Source: Carpediemonas membranifera BICM
Taxonomy: Eukaryota; Protista; Fornicata
Assembly: GCA_019828565.1 (NCBI GenBank)
Contig: JAHDYR010000021.1
Span: 62,001-126,000 of the forward strand
DNA length: 64,000 nucleotides
Reading direction: 5' to 3'
Within the stretch, counting starts at the first letter, position 1; each line of letters starts with the position of its first letter. Below, piece by piece: positions 10,201-19,390 of this stretch. The translations under genes were made by a program, and so were the position numbers. The notes beneath the pieces were generated by a model. The model was not told where the DNA came from. It did not search any database and worked only from the letters and a program-made list of their open reading frames with translations.

Positions 10201-11286
10201 AACGTCACCGGCCCCCTTCCCCCTGGAGTGTATCAATATGAGCTGACTGTCGAGGGGGCGACCACGGTGCAGTCGATGCTCGTGCTCGAGGCCATTGCTC
10301 CCGCCGGGAATGACAGCACCCTCGTCATGGAGGGGGGTGGGTTCAGGGCCAAGACTAGGGGCTTCGCATGCGCTGCGTCCTTCAACTCCGCAGTTTTAGG
10401 CGAGTCGTTGTACACCGAGTACGCCGCCATCGACGACGAGGGACCCTACTGCGTCTCCTCGACCGCCACACCTGCGAGCCGAGCTAGCGTGCTCTCGACC
10501 AAGACCTCTTCTCTCTCTCAGACGTCATTCGACGGCGAGGGCCTCTATACCGTCTGCTTAGCTGTCGAGGGCATCAGCATCGACGCCATGGACAGCGGGC
10601 TGGCTCTGAGCTTGGACGGCGAGGCTGCCCCCGGCGTCCATCTCTCGGGCGGCCAGCTCTGCGCCACTCTCGACCTCAAGACGAAGAGCGACGCCGTTGC
10701 AACCGCCACGGCTGATGCAGTTGCCCAGGCGGACTCGACGTCGACCTCGACCTTCACGCTGAGTGCGTCAGCTGATGGGATGACGTTTGCAACATCCATG
10801 ATCTCGCTGACTGCTGACACCATATCTGAACCATCTGAACCAGCTGACACGAAGATTAACGGTTCTATTGTCATCGCAGCTGTCATCGGCATGGCGGTTG
10901 GAACGATATCCACGATTTCCTGCGTCCTTGTCGGATTCTGCACCGTCAATGTGCTTGTGACCGCCTTATATGGCATGTCCCGCCTTGTCATGAATTTGCG
11001 GTCCAAGATGCACACTAAAAAGCGGGCGAAGAAGCTCCGCGCCAAGCCCCAGAAGCTTTCCGAGCATGACAGCCTCCGCGAGCTAGTCACCAACGTCAGC
11101 CGGATGGCGACGGAGCAAGACCTCGAAGCGGGCTCCCAGGGCACAGCCCGCGGAACCGAGAGTTCTCTCCTCAGCGCTTTTGTGCACAACGAGGATCCGA
11201 TACTTTTTGATGGGGGCGATGAGGACGCCGGCATCAACAAGCCGAGTGACCTTGTCGATGATGATGCGGCGAGCGATGTAACATAA
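7216..11286 (+). CDS. Large type I membrane surface protein with FG-GAP repeats and Cys-rich (GCC2/GCC3-like) repeats
   Basis: Signal peptide ILLLLLVSLVVGAICA; repeats such as NFGAKV..IVASAP, LFGATIAV..IAVG and EYGAAVAVEG; CxxCPxGxY repeats; C-terminal TM followed by a basic cluster. Confidence 0.8.
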   Translation: MKQNLGYSSSMLHRSVQSNRILLLLLVSLVVGAICAVEPAVELPIPSGITAAANFGAKVHYDSEMIVASAPNAEGGGQVFIYVYDGAAFNLFHTLSSEMPESGALFGATIAVTDRWIAVGSSSYSTGVLVEFFARSSTLFPVVPYHTYSESYDATDMVIDVYSDSSVQFLAVGLPHASYTLLGDTHTDAGLIVILGDSIAPVTSWGFKAELYSPVPYDGQHFGEAVGCTLNLVDGKYYVITGQLSGMGPAFTTWTFSSTIMDGLSTWALQSSQSTPHTDTMIRMGIAAPASGMVVVPDPNYSFAPNQGGRGFWFSDPETMTDYTGAWGPDTDDGTDNWGLALAASYTGVFAVHTQTDLTSMAGVAVFDAISAEYTKVELPWTGAQVLAAQPSVSGNQGGVAVGLPGVGVAAYHHWPLNTASSTAFDPGATPCAPGMWPMTDQHLCRYPDNRARVGPVAGGMFGASADICDDRMAVLSAAETCDATVGVIHLFDYGGSGSWALNLDHTFPCNNSCSFTGPVRVSHSFVYLYCDGAETLGACPDHGEPCQFFSIPGITAADFVIDIDPDAGVGIIGGKSAGQVYFIVEQGDTVSISPALAHAGLFEYGAAVAVEGGVALVASSTDGVAVDAAIDVYTRSESAGPEDAWTLVSSTPVGSTSPIVSPKLAFDGELAVLSSSDAVNGTLHAFFVGSASGDPISVHGEIEWQASDVYNVSRPAIMSAAGDSTTKLVFFAYTDDVATSDAVRSVAYTTVSVDNAALTVMISGLIRPIGNSISSSFIYEDFAKDLHTPSKGHFLPIGNERWYATNPAVLTGEVVTVGAMQCPDGFGMSSFYTCEVCPEGSYSRQWNPTCRVAPAGWAATKGQLSTCSLVNGGYTPTPGLPSCLIAQAGYVADVYRRGEVPCDNGTIPNSYSSSCDPCPAGTTNPLDGAGHTACYDTNTTPQLTPEGSPAYTIADLGISSISSASATVTMPNGTALPTFLATTGPSAHSCQLAINVTGPLPPGVYQYELTVEGATTVQSMLVLEAIAPAGNDSTLVMEGGGFRAKTRGFACAASFNSAVLGESLYTEYAAIDDEGPYCVSSTATPASRASVLSTKTSSLSQTSFDGEGLYTVCLAVEGISIDAMDSGLALSLDGEAAPGVHLSGGQLCATLDLKTKSDAVATATADAVAQADSTSTSTFTLSASADGMTFATSMISLTADTISEPSEPADTKINGSIVIAAVIGMAVGTISTISCVLVGFCTVNVLVTALYGMSRLVMNLRSKMHTKKRAKKLRAKPQKLSEHDSLRELVTNVSRMATEQDLEAGSQGTARGTESSLLSAFVHNEDPILFDGGDEDAGINKPSDLVDDDAASDVT

Positions 11287-11383
11287 CATACAGGAGCTAA
11301 ATGAGAGAAAATGAATCCATATAATCGCCAGGCAGGCTCTCGTTCGTATCGTAAATGACTTACCACACTACTTTACAAGCTCT

Positions 11384-13600
11384 TCATGCCCACCGATCGG
11401 ACGTGAACGGCGTGGCGGCCACCCTCTCATCGCCAGACTCGACCCGCTCCCGCTGGACAACAGTGGGAATTTCACGGGGTGGCGAGAACCCGGGTGACCT
11501 GAGTCGGCTGAGCTGGCTCTTGTAGGTCGAGGCAGTCGTCTTCAGCCGCATCTCCAACTCCGCGATCCGACGCCGACCCCGTTCCGACTCAACCGCAGTC
11601 TCGTCCTGACACCTTGAGGCGTGCTGCTCAGCCGCCCGACACTGGGCTCTGAGCTGGCTGGCCTCGGTCGAGTAGGCCCGCTCCATCTCTGCCATCCGCT
11701 CGCGGTCTGCCTTATGCTGCACCTTATGGCGATCACACTCCCTTCTGAGCTGGTCGACCCGGAGTTCGAGCCGCTGGAGCTTGGGCTTGATCGTGGCGAG
11801 CTCGGTCTCGTACTGCATGGCTGCCCGGGACGCCTCCTGCTGGGCGATCTTCAGCCGATCGTCCACACCGGTGCCGGAGACGTGGGTTTGCCGGACATCC
11901 GGACGTTGACTCCGGTCGACTCCCCTCGAGTCAGCCAGACTCCGTTCCAGAGTCGCCACCCGAGTCGAAAGCATCGTCTTCTCGTGCTCAACCGTCGCCC
12001 GCCGCATGTTGGCCTCCCTGAGCTGTGCCCGCAGCTCCTCGAGAGCAGATCCGTGCCGCTCGGTCTCGGCAGCCAACCGGGTCCTCTCGTCGGCCAGCTG
12101 GGTGACCAGCGTGCGCTCCCTGTCCGCCGACAGACGGACGCGGGACTCGGCCTCGGTGCGGAGGCGAGAGATGGACTCCTGGGCATCAGCGAGGGATAGC
12201 CTAAGTTGCTCGATCACAGGCTCCTTGTCGACCTCGAGGCCACTGATGTCTGGGACGGACTCGGGTTCCGTGGCAGCGGCCTCTGCCTCTGCCAGGGCTG
12301 TCTTCAGCTCGCTGATCCTGCGACGAGCCTCCGCCGTCTCCTGTGCGTGCCGGTCCTCGGCCTCACCCAGCTTCCTCTTAGCCTCTTCCAACGAGGTCTC
12401 GAGACTGTGTGCCCGGGCGTTGGCGTCGTCGATGTCCCTGGCGCGGGCATCGAGCTCGTTGTTCATCGCTGCGATGTCTGCATGCGCCTGGTCGAGCGCG
12501 TCCTCTGTTTTCACCAGCTTGTCCCGCGTGGACGCCAAGTCTGCCGCCTGGCGGTCGAGGTCGGCCTGGGATCGTTCCCTGTCCCTTGAGGCGGACGCTG
12601 TGAGCTGCTCCAGCCGCGTCCTGAGCACAGCAGCTGTCTCAGTGGCCTCGTGCAGCTCGTTCCTCAGCTTTTCTTGGGCGATCGCTGCCTTGTTCGCCGT
12701 CTCTCTTGCCTCCATGTTCTGTTCAGCCACTGTGCTGCTCAGCTTGGCGATCTCGGCCTTGTACTCCTCTGCCCGACCTTGCACGGTGCTGAGCTTCGAC
12801 GTGGCCACCTCGTTCTCAACTCTGGCGGCTGTCAGCTGGCCATGCATCTCTGCGACCTCGGCTCTGAGCTCAGCCATCTCTGCGTCGATGGCGGCGACTT
12901 CTCCTGGCTTCTCGGCGAGTCTGTCGGCCAAACTCTGGGAGCGACGCTGCTCCTCCTCCAGGGCAGTCTTCATGATGGCAAGCTCGCCTTCAACATCGCC
13001 CAGACGTGTTCGTACCTTCTGAATGGCTATAGCGTGGCTATCGGCCTCGTCTTCCAGCTCCTTCTCGGCGTTGTAAAGGGACTCCCGGAGCTGATCGGCT
13101 TCTTCGGTCATGGCCTCGAGCTCGACAGTAAGAACTGCCTCGGCCTTCCTGTGAGCGGCGTTGGCGCGAGCTCTGTTGTCAGCGTCGTCGACCTCGAGCT
13201 CTAGCTGGTGGATGCGAGCCTCGAGCTGCGTTATCTCGGAACGGAGAGCCGAGTTCGTGTCGGTAAGGTCGGCATTGGCCTCACGCTGGTGTTTCAGGTC
13301 GTTGACGTACGATGCATATTGGTCTGTGGACTCTTTGAGGCGCTTCTCTGCAGTGCTGAGGGCAAGACGAAGCTCATCCACTTCTCCTTCAGCCTTATCC
13401 AGTTGGGAACGGAGAGTTTGGACCTTGTTCTCATCATCCGTGTCTCGAGAGGAGGCGAGGGTCATTGTATGAAGCTGGGCACGGGCATCGTCGCGTTCAG
13501 CAATGAGAATGTCGATCTCGCCATTCCTATCGGAAAGCATGGATCTGTATCTCCTATCAGCCTCGGCTAATGCTTGGCGAAGGCCTTCTTGTTGATCCAT
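11384..13600 (-). CDS. Long coiled-coil protein, function unknown
   Basis: Heptad-rich A/E/L/R sequence over most of the ORF; likely ATG at 13600 (MDQQEG). Confidence 0.75.
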   Translation of the reverse strand: MDQQEGLRQALAEADRRYRSMLSDRNGEIDILIAERDDARAQLHTMTLASSRDTDDENKVQTLRSQLDKAEGEVDELRLALSTAEKRLKESTDQYASYVNDLKHQREANADLTDTNSALRSEITQLEARIHQLELEVDDADNRARANAAHRKAEAVLTVELEAMTEEADQLRESLYNAEKELEDEADSHAIAIQKVRTRLGDVEGELAIMKTALEEEQRRSQSLADRLAEKPGEVAAIDAEMAELRAEVAEMHGQLTAARVENEVATSKLSTVQGRAEEYKAEIAKLSSTVAEQNMEARETANKAAIAQEKLRNELHEATETAAVLRTRLEQLTASASRDRERSQADLDRQAADLASTRDKLVKTEDALDQAHADIAAMNNELDARARDIDDANARAHSLETSLEEAKRKLGEAEDRHAQETAEARRRISELKTALAEAEAAATEPESVPDISGLEVDKEPVIEQLRLSLADAQESISRLRTEAESRVRLSADRERTLVTQLADERTRLAAETERHGSALEELRAQLREANMRRATVEHEKTMLSTRVATLERSLADSRGVDRSQRPDVRQTHVSGTGVDDRLKIAQQEASRAAMQYETELATIKPKLQRLELRVDQLRRECDRHKVQHKADRERMAEMERAYSTEASQLRAQCRAAEQHASRCQDETAVESERGRRRIAELEMRLKTTASTYKSQLSRLRSPGFSPPREIPTVVQRERVESGDERVAATPFTSDRWA

Positions 13601-13773
13601 GGCGGTTCGATTGTTCAGATGACGCGAAAAATGCGAAGTGCTCAGCTCGCCGGGCTGGGCGATCCAAGTCACTTTACCGTAACCGGCAGCGACTATGACA
13701 TGATATACAACATTTCCACTCCTTATTAACAAAACACTACCCAGCTCTCTCAACAAATCATTTGATTAATTCA

Positions 13774-15396
13774 TTAAACAACGGGGTCGACGTCCACTTC
13801 CTCGACATCATGCACTGTATACTCCACATCAAACGGCAGCACGGCCCCCACCGGCTCGGGCACCGGCTCGGTAGCAGCCATGTCGATCCTGGCCCAGCCC
13901 GCAGGACCCCGGACGTAAAGAACCGCGCCGTTCCAGTCGGTAGCCACAGCTGTGACCTCGAAGGGCAGGGTAATCTCCTTGTTGATAGAGTCGGCCCCCT
14001 TGTATGTCTGGCGAGCACACATTGTGTCACCGTCGTAGACGACAATGAGAGTGGTAAGGTCGCCGAAGAAGCCCTTGACGTGTCTGGGGAAACGAAGGGG
14101 GACGGGGCTAAATGCGCAGTACTCATCATCAGCATGGGGCGGCAGGAGCCGTGTGATGATCGAGAGATAGTGGCCCGCGAAGAGGATCTGGCGGCCACTG
14201 AGGAAGAGATCGAAGTCGCTGCCAACCAGAATGCGATCAATACGGAAGGGAAGCTCGTGGAACTGGGTAAATTCGTCCTCATGCCCGAGCCCGAGGCGAC
14301 CGAACATGTTCTCGCCCCCAATCATTTGCCGGTCGCCCATGGAGAGCACCGCAGTATACGCGCGCATCATGATCCGGTCGGGCAAGAAGTCATGGGGCAG
14401 GACGACGGGGTGGAACATCGGCGTCGCCTCCATAGGGACGTCGGGGCTCACACAGAAGCCACAGACAGTGCCTGCAGCCGCAACTCCGACTGGGGTAAGG
14501 ATGATGCAGCCGGCGTAGAAGCCGACGTCGAGGACGAGCCGGTTTTTGTGCCACACTGGAAGCCCTGCCTCGTACTGGGCGATCTCGGGGCAGTGGGTGA
14601 ACCTGACTCGCAAGGGCCCGGGGGCGGGCACGTTCGTGCCGAAACCGGGCTCATTCTCGTCGAACTGGGTCCTTCTGTACTCAGAGTGGTCGACGGCGAA
14701 GACTCCGTGTGTTGTGGCTAGCACGCAGGTTATGGTGCCGAGCTCGAAAGCACCGGCAATGGGGGGCACGCGGACGAGGGTGTACTTTGGGACACGGCGC
14801 TTAGGCAGGAGTTCAAAGAGTCGCCCGGCGTACATGCGGTGGGCGATCTGTTCGTGAAAGTCGGCTGCTGCCTCGCCCTCACGCATCGCGACCTCGTGGG
14901 TGAACAGGAACTTGCGGCAGAGGAACCAGGGGAGCTTGTCCTCCTGGCGGTATGCATCCTTGACGCCGCCCACGAGGGTGTCCTCCAGGTCGGGGTCGGC
15001 GCCGCCGTGCACGAGGATCGCGAATATGGTGCCCTGAAGCAGCGTGAAGATGCTGTCTGGCAGTTCGCCTGACTCGCCGAGCTCGATGTTCATGGACAGC
15101 GTGGGGCCGCTGGTGAGGATCGAGCGGGCGCGGTCGAGGAGGACTTGCGCGGCTGGCTCGAGAGGGGGGATCTCAGCGAGCTCTGAGACGAGAGATTCGA
15201 GTGGTACGTCGCCTACTGTAGCTGATGAGGAGTCATGATCCTGGATCAAGGGCATTACTTGCTTGAAGTGCCGCGAGTAGGCGTGGCGAAGGAGGGATGG
15301 CACGTCTCCGGCTAGGGATGAAGTGGTTGACACTGAAAGCTTGAATGCAGACACAAGAGCATCTCTTATTGCGGTATCATTCACAGTTGGTGTCAT
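13774..15396 (-). CDS. RCC1/BLIP-II-like repeat protein (paralogue B)
   Basis: Shares AGD(V/I)PSLL..AY.R.F, TLLQGT.FAI, WFLC.KF.F.H.VA and LSMGDRQ.IGG.N..G.LGLGH with 3973-5547. Confidence 0.75.
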   Translation of the reverse strand: MTPTVNDTAIRDALVSAFKLSVSTTSSLAGDVPSLLRHAYSRHFKQVMPLIQDHDSSSATVGDVPLESLVSELAEIPPLEPAAQVLLDRARSILTSGPTLSMNIELGESGELPDSIFTLLQGTIFAILVHGGADPDLEDTLVGGVKDAYRQEDKLPWFLCRKFLFTHEVAMREGEAAADFHEQIAHRMYAGRLFELLPKRRVPKYTLVRVPPIAGAFELGTITCVLATTHGVFAVDHSEYRRTQFDENEPGFGTNVPAPGPLRVRFTHCPEIAQYEAGLPVWHKNRLVLDVGFYAGCIILTPVGVAAAGTVCGFCVSPDVPMEATPMFHPVVLPHDFLPDRIMMRAYTAVLSMGDRQMIGGENMFGRLGLGHEDEFTQFHELPFRIDRILVGSDFDLFLSGRQILFAGHYLSIITRLLPPHADDEYCAFSPVPLRFPRHVKGFFGDLTTLIVVYDGDTMCARQTYKGADSINKEITLPFEVTAVATDWNGAVLYVRGPAGWARIDMAATEPVPEPVGAVLPFDVEYTVHDVEEVDVDPVV

Positions 15397-15655
15397 TAGC
15401 CAAGCCCTTGTCTTGTAGGATCTCAATCTGCATCCGAGATCGACGAGACATCCAAGGTCGAGTCGAGCGCCAGTCAACACGCACTGATGTTCGATCGTGC
15501 TCGCCACTTCCGTTTGCACTGTCGCTCGTTTTCTAGTGTTACGAGACAAGACGGGTTGGCAAGAAACAGGGAGAAAACTTGTAAATGGCACGTTTATGTT
15601 CTAATATAGACCCATGCAGCAGTCTCACAGATGATGTATCCCATCCACAATCGTC

Positions 15656-16762
15656 TTAAACCCCGAATGCCGAGATCGGCGGGATGCTGGGGAGTCGGCT
15701 CAGCTCCATACCCACACCACCGTGCAGGTCCTGGGGCACAGCGTTGTCCCAGATCGACCCCAGCCCGGTGGAGTACAGCAGGGCGCTGCTCATGCTCTGG
15801 TCGGGCGTGGGCACGACGAGGACGCGCTGCCCGTTGGTCAGGACGCCCATGGGGCCTAGGGACTCGGGCACGGTGGCGGAGAGCAGCGGGCTGGCGTTGG
15901 CCATGATGTCTTCCTCGGGAGGGGCCCGGCCTGACTGCACCACCTCGACCTTGGGCTCACGGGGGGCCATGGGGTGGTTGTGTGCGCCCTGGTAGACGAC
16001 CGTGGTCTCGACGTCGCCCTTGGTGTCCGCAGGCTTCTGGATGAGACGCTTGGCAGGGCATGCGGGGTGGGCGCAGCGGTAGTATGACTTCTGGACAGTC
16101 GAAGACTTGACGATCTTTGACCCGTACTTCTTCCAGTGGAACGAGTCGTCTGCTGTGTCCACCGCGCCCTTAGCGACCACCACTAGCTTCCTCTCGGACG
16201 AGCTCTTCTTCTCAGTCGCGGTGGGCCCCTCCGACTCAACCCAGTCGCCGAGGAACTTGCACTCCTCCGCGACGACGGAGATGAACTCCTCCTGACTCGT
16301 CACCTCGACCCTACGGATCTGGGGAGGCACGTGTGTGTGGGAGCCGCGGTAAGAATTGGTGATCTTGCCGTCGGCGTCGCGGGAGATGTGGCGTTTGACA
16401 GGGCATCCGGGGTGGGCGCACTTGTAGTAGCATGTGGGATAGGGAGACGAACGGCTGAACTTCTGGCCGTATTTGCGGTAGTGGTAGCCATCGGCGAGGA
16501 CTTCTGCGCTGTAATAGCCGCCTTGCTGTGTCTTCTTGCCGCCCTGAGTCTTCCCTTGAGCTGAAACATCCATCTCCTCGTCGATAGAGGCAGAAGAAAC
16601 AGAAGAGCTGAAGATTCCGCGGGTGATTGAAGGCTGAGGGAGCGAATTCATCGTTGAATTGAAGGAATACATCGTGGAGCTGTACGCGCTGGTGGATCCA
16701 GAAACAACAACGCTGCTAGACCTCATTGGGGGTGATATAGAGAAGCTACTAGAGAAATTCAT
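15656..16762 (-). CDS. WRKY: WRKY transcription factor with two WRKY domains (C2H2 zinc fingers)
   Basis: DGYHYRKYGQK...YYKCAHPGC...HTH and DDSFHWKKYGSK...YYRCAHPAC...HNH. Confidence 0.92.
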   Translation of the reverse strand: MNFSSSFSISPPMRSSSVVVSGSTSAYSSTMYSFNSTMNSLPQPSITRGIFSSSVSSASIDEEMDVSAQGKTQGGKKTQQGGYYSAEVLADGYHYRKYGQKFSRSSPYPTCYYKCAHPGCPVKRHISRDADGKITNSYRGSHTHVPPQIRRVEVTSQEEFISVVAEECKFLGDWVESEGPTATEKKSSSERKLVVVAKGAVDTADDSFHWKKYGSKIVKSSTVQKSYYRCAHPACPAKRLIQKPADTKGDVETTVVYQGAHNHPMAPREPKVEVVQSGRAPPEEDIMANASPLLSATVPESLGPMGVLTNGQRVLVVPTPDQSMSSALLYSTGLGSIWDNAVPQDLHGGVGMELSRLPSIPPISAFGV

Positions 16763-17377
16763 CGCTTATTCCCAGGTCTGTAGATGTCGCGCTTTCGTCG
16801 TCGTGATCTGTCCAGAACCCAAGAGATCCGATATGAATTATCTGATTACAGTGGATCGTGTCAGAGCAATCCACCGTCCCAAGTGACCAAACAGAGCCTG
16901 CCGACTCATCTGGTCCAGGGTTGCAATAATTGACCTGGCGGGACTCGAATCTGATTGTCCTGTTTGAAGAAATCAAAATAGATTGGGAGGAGATGAGGCA
17001 GTAAGAAGGTGGTGCGAGGGGTTTGGAGCTTGTTGATTGTGTTTGGTGGTGATTTTGGGGCATGGCACAGGTCACAATCTGATTGGACCATATCGATCAG
17101 ACTAATCTAAGACGTGCATTTACCGGGTCCTGAATGCCCTTTGTTCACCCTCATCTGAGCGTTGTGCAGCCAGGGCTTCAAGCCACGCGGCATGGGTTCT
17201 ACGGATGTTGGCTGGACTGGCCCCACAACGCAACTGAGCACGGCTTACCACTGTGTGCCTCATGTATATGCGTGAAGTCGTTAGATGATCTTCGATACTG
17301 CGGGATATTGAACGCACAAAATTGGGCGGCAAAAGTGCGAATTTTCATGATCTAAACATCAGCTAATATCGGCCAAT

Positions 17378-17785
17378 ATGCCACCAAAGCCAACAGGAAC
17401 AGTATCAGAGCCAAAGTTTGATCCCGTATCACTTCTAGTGATCGAGCGCCAGTCCATAGAAGCTGAGGAGCGAGCGAAGCAGCTCTGGCAAGAGAAATAC
17501 GGCAACAGCGACATCATGAGAGTCTACGACGAGCGCGCGAAAGCTATGGCCAAATATGCAGAGAAGCGGAATAACGACATCCCCGTCCCGAAGAAACACA
17601 TCCCCGAAGCCAAGAACTGGCTAGCCCACAGGGACCCCAACAACGTCGTCGCAATCACTAACCCCCTGCCGCAGGACCGTGCGTCTTTCCCACAAACCAC
17701 TACCCAGGAGGTTGGGTGGTTTGGTGAGAATTTGGAGCTGTTTGGCGTCGGGCAGCATGGCAGGAAGGCAACAACATGGGAATGA
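17378..17785 (+). CDS. CIMIP1/C20orf85 (LLC1)-like ciliary microtubule inner protein
   Basis: IEAEERAKQLWQEKYG and FPQTTTQEVGW..LE resemble the two conserved blocks of C20orf85. Confidence 0.6.
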   Translation: MPPKPTGTVSEPKFDPVSLLVIERQSIEAEERAKQLWQEKYGNSDIMRVYDERAKAMAKYAEKRNNDIPVPKKHIPEAKNWLAHRDPNNVVAITNPLPQDRASFPQTTTQEVGWFGENLELFGVGQHGRKATTWE

Positions 17786-17900
17786 GCAGGCTGGCCGCGA
17801 TGCAGTAAGAAGCAAGTAAACACACCGCATGAAGAGTGTAGTAGGAGGGCGCTGGGTGCTTTACTGGACTATGTCGACTCGTATATGGGAAGACACATCC

Positions 17901-18395
17901 TCATGTGGCGCCAGTGATACTCAGCCTGATCGACTCGATGACGGAGGATATGAGCCCCGACGCGAGGAATATGGGAGTCGATACGGGGAACAGGATGACG
18001 AGAATGTCGTCCTCGAACTCGGCCACAGCAATGTTCGTTGGGGCCGTGGAGTCTTCTAATGAGATGCCATACATCGCATCGAGTGTCACTGTTGTAATCA
18101 TGTACGAGTCCGCCGCGAAGTGGAAGAGGTGGCGTGTGATGGAGTCGTGGTTCATAAGATGAGTGATGCGGAGCAGATCATCAAGCGCAAAGCGCTCGGA
18201 GGCTTGTTTCGCATCAAGTACGGATGTTCCAAGCTGGGCACACCGTATAAGTGCGGAGGAATCTCGTGCTTGGGGCAAATCACCATCAAGGGACAGTTTC
18301 TTGAACATCACGGCGGATGTGATGGTGATGCCAGCATATGTGAAAAGGCATCCTATGCATCCCTGCAATTCTTTGAGAAGAGCCGTTTCAGACAT
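17901..18395 (-). CDS. Hypothetical protein
   Basis: Open frame with ATG at 18395 filling the gap between neighbouring genes; no motif recognised. Confidence 0.5.
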   Translation of the reverse strand: MSETALLKELQGCIGCLFTYAGITITSAVMFKKLSLDGDLPQARDSSALIRCAQLGTSVLDAKQASERFALDDLLRITHLMNHDSITRHLFHFAADSYMITTVTLDAMYGISLEDSTAPTNIAVAEFEDDILVILFPVSTPIFLASGLISSVIESIRLSITGAT

Positions 18396-18570
18396 TCGTT
18401 GGGAGGAAGACAAGAAGTGTCTGGTCGACAAGCTGAGTCCTTAAAGTGCACATAATGGCAGTCTGGCGGAGAGACTGCATATGCCACTATTAATGATGCC
18501 TAGCCTCGTCCTGGGTGGGGTAATCAGATGCCAATCAAACGAGGCCGGCAAGCGCGAAACCGAGAAACCA

Positions 18571-18982
18571 ATGAACCAGGCAGCACACTTCGTTAATGGA
18601 GCGACCATGCGTATGTATGAGCATCAAGACATCCGTATTGTAGGGAAAGTGCAGGAATCTGGTGACGGGAAGCTTGTCATCACTACTTCCGACAACAAGC
18701 TCGTAACCGTGATCCAAACCGTACGTTGCAGCACCGAATATACTAGTTACACAGGGATCTCGTTTCTCCTTCCCCCCGGGCACCATCGTCTCCGCCCTCG
18801 GCCAGCCCCAGATCCAAGGGCAGGATTACAACCTTCGTTGCGACATGTGCGTCAAGCTCAGCGACAACTTTGGTACGTAGCCGCATCGTGCGCCAGCCAT
18901 CCCTAACACAGACCTCGAGGCCTTCGACAAGCTTGTGCCCATGATGACGGGCAAGTTCAAGAATCTCTTCACCGTCCAGTGA
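18571..18982 (+). CDS. RPA3: Replication protein A 14-kDa subunit; 3 exons, introns 18721-18754 and 18873-18911
   Basis: FVNGATMRMY..IRIVGKV..ITTSD..VTV|GSRF..IVSALG..KLSDNF|DLEAFDKLVPMM..FKNLF. Both GTACGT...CAG introns restore the frame. Confidence 0.85.
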
Positions 18983-19390
18983 GCGCTGAGTGTCTTTCTA
19001 TCGCACTAAATATAGCTATCGACTTGCTATGGTCACGGAGTACAGTGGTACGGGTCGACGAACCCGGGTCAAGTCTCCTCTTATCATACGCAGTTTAAGG
19101 TTTGGCGCAAAAAGCGATATCGAATCAATCTAGCTAAACTATGGGAAACTGCGCTCGCATGGTCTTACTAATACAAATGTACAACATTTAAGCCCTTCCC
19201 GCCGAACTTGGAAATGCGCGCACAAGCCGCTGATCACGACCCGATCAACGATGACGGCGACACTCAGACAACTCCGAGGCGACCCCATGCGCTCAGGACG
19301 ACGTCCTTTCCTCTAATATACGCATGTCAACCTCCGGGAACACGCGCATGTTAACGCCGACTCGTTGTCGACTGTACACGATTTCGCCTT

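Noticed and set aside
17159-17231. GCGTTGTG/CACAACGC and CAGCCA/TGGCTG nested stems
   Set aside because: Short stems with asymmetric loops, plausible by chance; no ncRNA boxes identified
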